DNA of 56,351 nt, filler included, from Sphacelaria rigidula (taxonomy: Eukaryota), in assembly GCA_964200075.2 (NCBI GenBank). It is 7 parts of 7 records of this genome, joined end to end, with 100 filler letters (N's around TTAATTAATTAA, not from the genome) between each part and the next. Parts side by side here need not be neighbours in the genome. Positions count along the whole stretch, not along the records: positions 40,326 to 48,288 come from CAXNAA020012819.1; positions 48,389 to 56,351 come from CAXNAA020012820.1; 5 more parts are not named here. The stretch is one strand, 5' to 3'. The notes below the pieces were generated by a model, which searched no databases, was not told the DNA's origin, and saw only the letters and a program-made list of their open reading frames with translations. The stretch's first letter is position 1, and each line of letters starts with the position of its first letter. Below are positions 48,164-56,351 of the stretch, in pieces. The position numbers and the translations under genes are program-made.

Positions 48164-48223
48164 GCGGGTTGTGTACTCGTGTGTGCCCGTCTTAGCTTCA
48201 GTTTATGTTTCAACTAAAATAAC

Positions 48224-48288
48224 ATGTATGTATGTATGTATGTATGTATGTATGTATGTATGTATGTATGTATGTATGTATGTATGTA
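48224..48288. repeat. (ATGT)n microsatellite at contig end
   Basis: Direct observation. Confidence 0.97.
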
Positions 48289-48388
48289 NNNNNNNNNNNN
48301 NNNNNNNNNNNNNNNNNNNNNNNNNNNNNNNNTTAATTAATTAANNNNNNNNNNNNNNNNNNNNNNNNNNNNNNNNNNNNNNNNNNNN
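48289..48388. other. Artificial contig spacer
   Basis: 44N-TTAATTAATTAA-44N. Confidence 0.98.
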
Positions 48389-49195
48389 CACCAAAAAAAA
48401 AAAAAAAAAACAACTACCCCCCCCCCCCCCCCCCCGTGCCCAAGTTAGTGTTAGTTGGTTTTATCAGGCGATACGAGTAGATACCCCGTTCATCAGGAAG
48501 GTGTTATTGGCCGTGAAGTACAGTTTTTCGACTCTAGTGCAATGAGTAGGTAAAATTAATAAAGAAGAAACCTGTACAGTTCGTCACACAAACGATCGGG
48601 ACAGGCTCGATTGACCGAAAATATCGAAGAGTAATAATCTGGGCTGAGACCTGTCAGGGCCCTCGATGGTCGGTCAGCCCGTAAGTCAGTCAATATTGAG
48701 CACAAACAATTTTTTTCTTGGAGTGTGGAGTGGATATAAGTATCTTCAGATCTCCAATTTGATGAGCGGTGGCGAGCGAAAGAGCCTTTTACGGAGGAAC
48801 ATCATTATTAGTAGTATTAATACGTGTATCACAAAAGTAGTACATAGGGTTGAAAGGGCGTCAACAGGAAATATTCACGAGTTGGGCCTTAATTTCTTGC
48901 GTACATCTTTGTTTTATTGTTTGTCGCTGGCCGCTGACCGCGGGGACCTTGCGGTTCATCTGAGCTATCGTTTGTTGAAATCGATCCATGAACGCTAGAG
49001 TCACGTCCGTTCATGTATCCACTCGAACTAACAATGTTCTCCCGTAATAAGAAAATCGCCAATCACGAAGAAATGACAAAATCAATAGTTCCGGCGCCTA
49101 GTACTGTAAAAGGAACATAACTGACGTAAAATGAAGACATTATTCTCCTATATTGCTGACCGCACGCCATCATATCGCTACATAGACACGAGATT

Positions 49196-49604
49196 TTACA
49201 TAGTGGGGATGGATCTTTCATTAGGATTGAAAATCCGGAGAATTAAAATCTTCGTATCCACACCAAATCTTCGAAGTATGCTTCCATTTCTTCACTCGCT
49301 GGTAGCTATTGACAACTACTACACGCTATACAAATTTGGATCTTGATAACCGAAATGTCGGGGTCCTAGGTGAAAAACCGATTTTGGCGTCCGATCGGAC
49401 ACCTACAATTCCCCCAAATTGTTTTTTCACCTAGGACCCAAATGTTTCGGTTATCGAAATCCAAATTTGTTTAGCGTGTAATAGTTGTCAATAGCTACGA
49501 GCAAGTGAAGAAATGGAAGCATACCTCGAAGATTTGGTGTGGATACGAAGATTTTAATCCTCCGGGTTTTCATCCCCGATAAAAGATCCATCCCCACTTT
49601 GTCA
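49196..49604. mobile_element. Fold-back element, same family as 32567-33006
   Basis: ~190-bp inverted arms: AGTGGGGATGGATCTTT...AATCTTCGTATCCACACCAAATC and its reverse complement. Confidence 0.9.
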
Positions 49605-50209
49605 AGTCCCGTGTTCATATTTGATGTGTGCTGGACAGAGTTCCCTGTCGATTCATTGGCATAATTATCGGTAAAGATTTGATCGAAGGATGATGACCTA
49701 CCTATTCTATTCATTTTCAAACCCTTTGATTGCGATGCTTTTGGGACCCTTAATTGGAGGACGATTCATGCGCTCCAACCCAATTCAGTGGCGTCCGCTT
49801 TGGTCCATGAGATGCCGAACTTCTGAAGTCATGTTTTTGCAGTAAGTGTCAGTTTGGTGGTATCTGTATCTTAAGGTACGAGACGATGAGCTCACTATTA
49901 GCTATACGCGAGGAATAGAAGACTCAGAAATACACGTGTGTTCGTGCAAACACTCGACTGCCTAAACAGAAGCCAGAAGAATGCTGTTTATAATCCATGA
50001 ATCAATCGAACACGTAAGCGAAGCACGAACTATTACTTGCATTTCTCCACACTCCCGACGGTGAATCGTTACTACTGTGATCCTGGTGCGAAAAAAACTT
50101 CCTTGCCGCAGCCAGTTAGATTCTGGAAGTTCGGGAAGCAAGTCAACGCACTATAGTTCACAGCGCTTTTTTTCACGGCATTTTTTGTTCTTACGTCTTT
50201 GTCGACTAT

Positions 50210-50458
50210 GACACTTTCTACGATAGCCCCCCCCCAAAACCAGCTCAAAAGTGTTACGGGAAAAAATGGCCATACAGCCCCTTATGTTTGGGCTCAGGCT
50301 GAATGAAGCGCCTCATATTGGCGACATTGGCTAGAACGAACCCAAGCGTGGGAATTCCTAGCTTCTCGTTGTGCTCGGCTTTTCCCATTCCAATTTACGT
50401 GAAGATTTTGCTCCCCAAAACCATGCACTTTGGGGGGGGGGCTATCGCAGAAAGTGTC
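50210..50458. mobile_element. MITE with TIR GACACTTTCTACGATAGCCCCC
   Basis: Inverted ends GACACTTTCTACGATAGCCCCCCC and GGGGGGGCTATCGCAGAAAGTGTC; the body is shared with 55780-56056. Confidence 0.85.
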
Positions 50459-51863
50459 TTTGTCGTTCTGTTCGACTCTTTTCTGCTCCTTCGTTTTCTT
50501 GAGCGAGTGTTTCAGTTTTGCTTCTGTTGGGTACGTCTATCATGCGACCACGGCTGGACCCATGGGTGGTTAGTTAAAGTGCGACAATCAAACAATAAAT
50601 CAATCCATCAATCAACCAAGCTAGTCATGATCCATGTCTTGCATGAATGCACTCCTTGTCTATGAAAAAAACACACCATTCAGTGATCGCCTACGACCGC
50701 ACAAACATGGCTGCCAGTCAGCCTGTGCCTGTACTTCACGACCTTCGCCTGTACTGCACAGCCTGTATTTGTGTTGCGCTGTCAGTACTGGCAAATTTCA
50801 ATCTGCCCATCACGTACTTCCTCAATAATACCGCAATGCGGCGATCGTGTGTTCGATACCCACGATCATAGGCCGCGGGCTGTGAAAAAGGTTTGATTCT
50901 TGTCCAGCGCAAGAAACTCGATGACAAAAGTGTACTTACGATTTTCAGGCCGCGCGTAAAATCCTCATACAATGCAATACTCAAAACAGCGTAGATATTT
51001 TGTGAGCTCAGGGTCTTCACGTCTACAGGAAACGTTACCCCTGGATCTGGCGTACGTACTGCTTTCATTAGTCGACTACTTCGTTACATCACCCAAAGCA
51101 GATGGTTACTGGTTGGTACAAAGTGGACCATGCATGTATCTCTACACCCTTCTTGTCATACTTCTAATCCTTTCCTCCTCATCTGGACGAGTCCTCAGTC
51201 TAAAGCGATTAACCCATATCTCCTCCTGTATCTGCCTGGTGGTGTGCCATCGGGCATTGGATCATGTCTATTGGCCCTCGCACAGCCCTTCGACTGACAT
51301 CCACGTAAGGCCTGCTACTCATGCTATTTCCCTTTCGATTCCGGGAACCAGATCCTTGATCGGTGGACCATCATAGTTGTTTCCTATCGAAGCGGATAGA
51401 CAACTCTTTGCAGGTTGACCAGGAAATCGTGTCGATAATATTTTTCAGACAACCAGTGAACGGTGCTAGACTAGCTTTGTTTCGGTTCATAAGTGTGAGT
51501 AAGTTTCGGTATTTATTGCGCATGGTACACTGGAGAGTTTTTCTTTTCGTTCAGCTTCTCAGACTAACTTGACGAGTTTGATCGACTGTCGCACATGCGC
51601 CAACAGATAGGCCCTGGTTTATCCTGTTCAAGTTCACTGATGCTCTGTACAACCCAGCACAGTTTACTAACGCATTGTTTCAGATGAAACCTCAAGTTCC
51701 GCAGACTTCAAACTTCTCCTGCTACAACATTTTCCCTGCTTCTTACCGCCATCTCCTGCGCTGCTAGTATACCACCACTTCGAACAGAGGAAACACGCTA
51801 TGAATTGTTATTGAACAAAACACAAGAACTATTTGGAACGACTTGCATCATCTATATTTTCAG

Positions 51864-51977
51864 GTGCAGTTTCCACCCAGGCTGCTTGAGACGCACTTGG
51901 TCGTCCTCCGAAACGTACTGAGCGACGATGAGATTGCCGTGCTGGAAGACGTCTTGAGGCTCATGAGGGGAGCAAAC
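51864..51977 (+). CDS. Possible exon (VQFPPRLLETHLVVLRNVLSDDEIAVLEDVLRLMRGAN) resembling the start of a 2OG-Fe(II) oxygenase fold; may be a pseudogene
   Basis: TTTTCAG| acceptor, AAC|GTGAGT donor, 114 nt in frame; VVLRNVLSxxE pattern. Confidence 0.4.
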
Positions 51978-54598
51978 GTGAGTGTGATCATACTCCGGTA
52001 CCGCGAAGCTTATATGCTAGTCATTCTCCGGAGAGAGATGATGTATACATGGGTTTCCTTAGAATGCTGCTTGCGGCCATTGAATGTTTTTCTGCCACGT
52101 CTATCACCGAAAATGACTGCTCAGATACATGCATGCAACGGCTGAACAATTTCTTACATACTGCATATACTAAACACATTGTAGAGCCAGATGGACCATA
52201 CTTGCTGATCACCTGTCAACTTCTCTTCTGCAATCTCAGATGATCAGGGAACTGAATCAAAGTCGTATGCTGTATATTCTCAAAATAGTCACGGTCCATC
52301 AGTTCTCAGTCACACACAGCTTTGGCCGCCGTTCTTCGATCGTCTCTTGTATTATTCAGTCACATATTCGCACAATTTCCCAGACTCATGCTGGCACGGT
52401 GCATACCTATATCGATCTTGATGTATAATAACTCGTACCAGCACATGCAAAGGAATGCGATCTGGACGCTTTGCCATGCTCACGAGAGGTGGTGGGGGTG
52501 TCACAGATATGTCATTTGTGGGATCTTCGCTTGTGATTACATGTAGATGCGTAGTGCTTTGAACTAGATGGGAGAATATAAAATGAAGAGCGAGCGTGGG
52601 CGTGCTACAATCAAGTCATCAATCGATGAAACCAATCCCTCCCACAGAGTACAACCACCCCCATCCTATTACTTAAAATTACGGCCTCTTGCCCCTCTAT
52701 TTATGCGGGAAACGTCTGGTCGAATCATGATAGACATAAAATGGGCATATAGTTACTACCTATGATTCGTTGACATGAATGATCACATTCCTCACTTGCT
52801 CTACGCCTCTACTACACCATAACCTTATTGCGCAAGGCTGTTCAAGCAGATTTTGTTGTCGTCAGTCGAGTCAACCAAATGATCAAAAACTGTCGATCCT
52901 TGAGCACACATGACGGAGCCCGAATGCGAAAACGTTTCCGCAACTGTCGTTTGGGCTACTTAAATCTTCCCTCCTTGAATATCATGTCCCCTATCCGTAT
53001 ACAGTATTAAAGCATGTTTCCCCTGTTTGGAGCATATTTGTCCTAATTTGAACGAGACATTTCACGTATCAAAGTAAAGTTCTTGATCTCTGAACACTGC
53101 GTAATTCATACGTTCAGACGTGTTCCAAACTCGACGCAATTCATCGATAGAACGTGTTCCCAATTCCATGCTTCGGCCTATGTGCCCCTACCTCCTCCCC
53201 CCTTTCCGCCATGAGACAAGAATTCGACATGAGTACATGGGAGGATGACGCCGCGGGTCAGAACAGCTTATCGTGGGTGCAAGTGAAAATATTGGGTTAT
53301 TGGAAACCAGCAAATAAGCAGGGTAGTGACCAGGTTCCCATCTTCTTAGAACCAATCAGTTTCATAATTCTGCAGTTCTGGCAAATTCCCTTCTTCCCAA
53401 TTCCGCTAAATTACTTTTGTACGCCGGAAACCTTTGGGGTCCATAGAGCGAGGATGAACACGCAATGGATCCACTGGAGCTCCAGCACAGCCTCTTCAGT
53501 AGCGCGCGGGAGAGTGAGCAGTACATGTGCAAGCCAGATCGCCTGTGGTGGGCGCGGCCGTATCTCACTCAAGAACGTCACCAGCAGCAAGAACAGCAAT
53601 AGAATCAACAGCAGCAGCAACAACAACAATAACAGTGACAAGATGAAGAATGTGCACGAGATGCGATCTTCGGCCGTACTTTCCATTGTCGATAATAATT
53701 GTGTTGGTGATACAGATGACGCTAATGACGATGGGGCATGGACAAAGAAAAACGCGCGCTCCTCATAAGCAGCTGATTTATTCTCGATAAATGTGATGGT
53801 TTCCGTGACGTGTTTCCAAGTTGCCCGTCGCCTTTCGGCCGGACAATCGCCAAACTATCACGTGAAGAATCCGAACATGATTGGGAGATAAGATAACACG
53901 ATCATACTAACAATACACATTCTCGGGTACGCACGCGCATGTTTGTGTTTCTCGGCATAACTCTTCTCAGAATGTTTCTCATTGAGCAGATGGTCTCGGG
54001 ATCGATATCATTTGTGTGTGCCCAGCGCTAGTTATGGGCTTCCGAAACTGGTCTAACATACATAATATTGTGGGAAAGCATACTAGAGTTTGCTGCACTA
54101 TGTGCATTCGGCTTCCTACTCTGAAGCGTGTCAGTTGCCTCACTTCGAAGTTATTCAAGAAAATCATCGCCACCATTCATCTAGTGCTTGAGATCACAGA
54201 AACATGATTCATAGGTTGCCTTTACGTATTTCTTTTTACGCGATCTGCTGAGAGTCCTGGCTCACATGGCACGTGACTGTTGAGGATAAACATAGACGTT
54301 CATGAGCGTATACGCATATGGCGGTATGTTGCAAGTGCAGTGTACTTACATGGTGTACGTTCCGTTCATGCAGCGATGTTATAACATTGTGCTGAATCTC
54401 ATGCTAAATCGTTTGTGAGTCATACTCCGCATTTTGTTTTTGCGACTCCCCTGTGTGTATACCCTTGTTTGTGCATGTCGCGGGGTCCCGGATTGTTGCG
54501 TTAACATTAACGTTGAAGGTTTTGTCGTCGAACGGTCTTTTGTTCAGAGTCTTATGTGAAAAGGCCATTTCAAATCTACTTTTTCGAAAACAATTACC

Positions 54599-54627
54599 AT
54601 TGTTGTTGTTGTTGTTGTTGTTGTTGC

Positions 54628-54679
<52 letters not shown>
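54599..54679. repeat. (GTT)n microsatellite; (TTC)n nearby at 54771-54801
   Basis: Direct observation. Confidence 0.97.
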
Positions 54680-54773
54680 ATAGTAACAATAATCAAATAT
54701 TCATAGATTATTGTCGTTGTTCTTGTTCTTGCACTCCTTGTTCTTTTCCTCCTTTTTTTCTCTTCCCATCCTT

Positions 54774-54804
<31 letters not shown>

Positions 54805-54807
54805 AAA

Positions 54808-55222
54808 TACCATTTTCGAAAATGAGGCTAAGCATTCAAATGAAGTGTAACTGCCGAACAGTGGTTTCCCTGACCTAAAGTAATGGCAAATGACTCTCAC
54901 ACGGATTTCCTCATGCCCGCTGACCTCCCTAAGACTATTTTTGGGGGTTCCCCGTCTTTCGTTCCTTCGAAGGATATGTACGAAATCACCACTCCGGGCA
55001 AAAAAAAGAGTCCGTTTTCATTCTCGAGCAGAGGCAAAAATGTGCTTTCGTACATTCCCTTTGGGGGAACGGGAGATAGGAAACCACCAAAAATAGTATC
55101 AGGGAGGCCGGGAGGCATGAGGTCGTCCATATGAAAGTCATTTGTCATAACGTTAGGCCAGGGGAAGCACTGTTTTGAAGTTGAATATTACGATAATGTT
55201 CAACCTCATTTTCGAACATGAT
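54808..55222. mobile_element. Fold-back MITE (~190-bp imperfect arms); partial second copy at 56290-56351
   Basis: TTCGAAAATGAGG/CCTCATTTTCGAA, CCTCATGCC/GGCATGAGG and ACTATTTTTGG/CCAAAAATAGT; mirror ORFs 54883+ and 54897-. Confidence 0.85.
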
Positions 55223-55779
55223 ATTTTCCCTCTTATTCTTGTTCATATCCTTATGTTTATTGTTTTCATCGTCTTTCACTGTTTTTCATTATAGGTATGA
55301 TGGTGACGGTTCTTGGTATTGATTCTGATAACGATTATGGTTTTACTTCTTCTCTATATTCTCCCACCTCTTCTTTCCTTTCTCGATAAATCAAAAGACC
55401 GATTCTTCTTGATTTGATTAAGCTTTACGACATCGAGTTAGTGTAAAACAACCCTGGTTGCTACGCGCAGTTCACGGCTTGTTGAAAGGCTCGAGATTTT
55501 CCATGAACTTGATAACACCTTCAGTGGGTAGTTTCATCCTTGTCGATCTCGCCTCCTTCACGTCAAAATTGACCTGGGATACATACCCCCATCTTCCTTT
55601 GAAGGTATGATGCTGTACAATTTATTGTACACTCACAAAATGACGGGACTTAGGGACGAAGGTACCCCGTTTCGGAGGTCATAGTTCAAGGCGAAAAATT
55701 ACGATTGTATTACCCTTCAAATCCCTTGGCCGTACTACTGGTGGAATAGGCAACCGCAGTAGACACTTTCTACGATGTA

Positions 55780-56056
55780 GACACTTTCTACGATAGCCCC
55801 CTCCCAAAATCAGCCCAAAAGTGTCACGAAAACAATGGTCATACACCGCCTGATTTTTCGGTTCAGGCTGCATGAAGCGCCTCATTTGGGCGATATTGGC
55901 TAGAATGAACCCAAGCGTGGGAATTCTCAGCTGCTCGTTGTGCTCGGCTTTTTCCATTTCAATTTACGTCAAGATTATGCCTCCCCAAACCAGGCACTTT
56001 TTTGGGGGGGGGGGGAGGCGTCACTTTTTGGGGGGTGGGCTGTCGTAGAAAGTGTC
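55780..56056. mobile_element. MITE with TIR GACACTTTCTACGA; the left terminus is duplicated at 55762-55779
   Basis: GACACTTTCTACGATAGCCC...GGGCTGTCGTAGAAAGTGTC. Confidence 0.85.
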
Positions 56057-56351
56057 AATATTCCAAAACATTCGGGTTTGTGTACAATCTGTATACCCGA
56101 CTGCCCATCTAAATGTTACCCCCACCTGCTGTCGACGAAACAAGTGAAATACTCCGTGCCCTCCGGGAAGCGTGACAAACGGTCGAATGCTGAGATATGT
56201 AAAGTTGGCCTGAGCCCCAATCCCTCGCCCCCCCCCTCCAGAACCCCTTTAACAGCCTGGATTCGTTGTTGAGCATCAACATTTTAATGAGTCTCAACTC
56301 GAAAACAGTGCTTTCCCTGACCTAAAGTCATGACCAATTAATTTCACATGG

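Noticed and set aside
54016..54207. GFRNW...KH as a hAT TTF-type zinc-finger relic
   Set aside because: Only a 5-residue match; upstream Cys/Trp motifs not found.
54453..54825. Poly-Leu, poly-Cys and poly-Phe ORFs
   Set aside because: Translations of the (GTT)n and (TTC)n microsatellites.

Overview
This is eukaryotic genomic DNA, most likely from a brown alga (Phaeophyceae). That assignment is inferred from ~50% GC, long spliceosomal introns and the types of repeats present. The window is not one locus. It is seven size-sorted contigs (7966, 7965, 7965, 7965, 7964, 7963, 7963 bp) joined by an artificial 100-nt spacer (44 N + TTAATTAATTAA + 44 N), so no synteny can be inferred across spacers. 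Most of the sequence is transposon-derived: an internally deleted Ty1/copia LTR element with intact LTRs and TSD, a non-autonomous hAT element, many fold-back MITEs (piggyBac-like, Harbinger-like, 8-bp-TSD), tRNA-derived Pol III-like heads, tandem repeats, and eight 3' ends of one LINE family that sit next to C-rich tracts. Host gene fragments are: two exons of a protein with a CxxC...NPWW...CxxC zinc ribbon, two correctly spliced exons of an M20-family metallopeptidase, one Gln-rich exon and one PPR exon. I found no CRISPR array, rRNA, intact tRNA or complete gene. I cannot point to a clearly new multi-gene system. The best leads are the apparent C/G-tract association of the LINE, the tRNA-like cassettes next to fold-back elements, and the zinc-ribbon protein.
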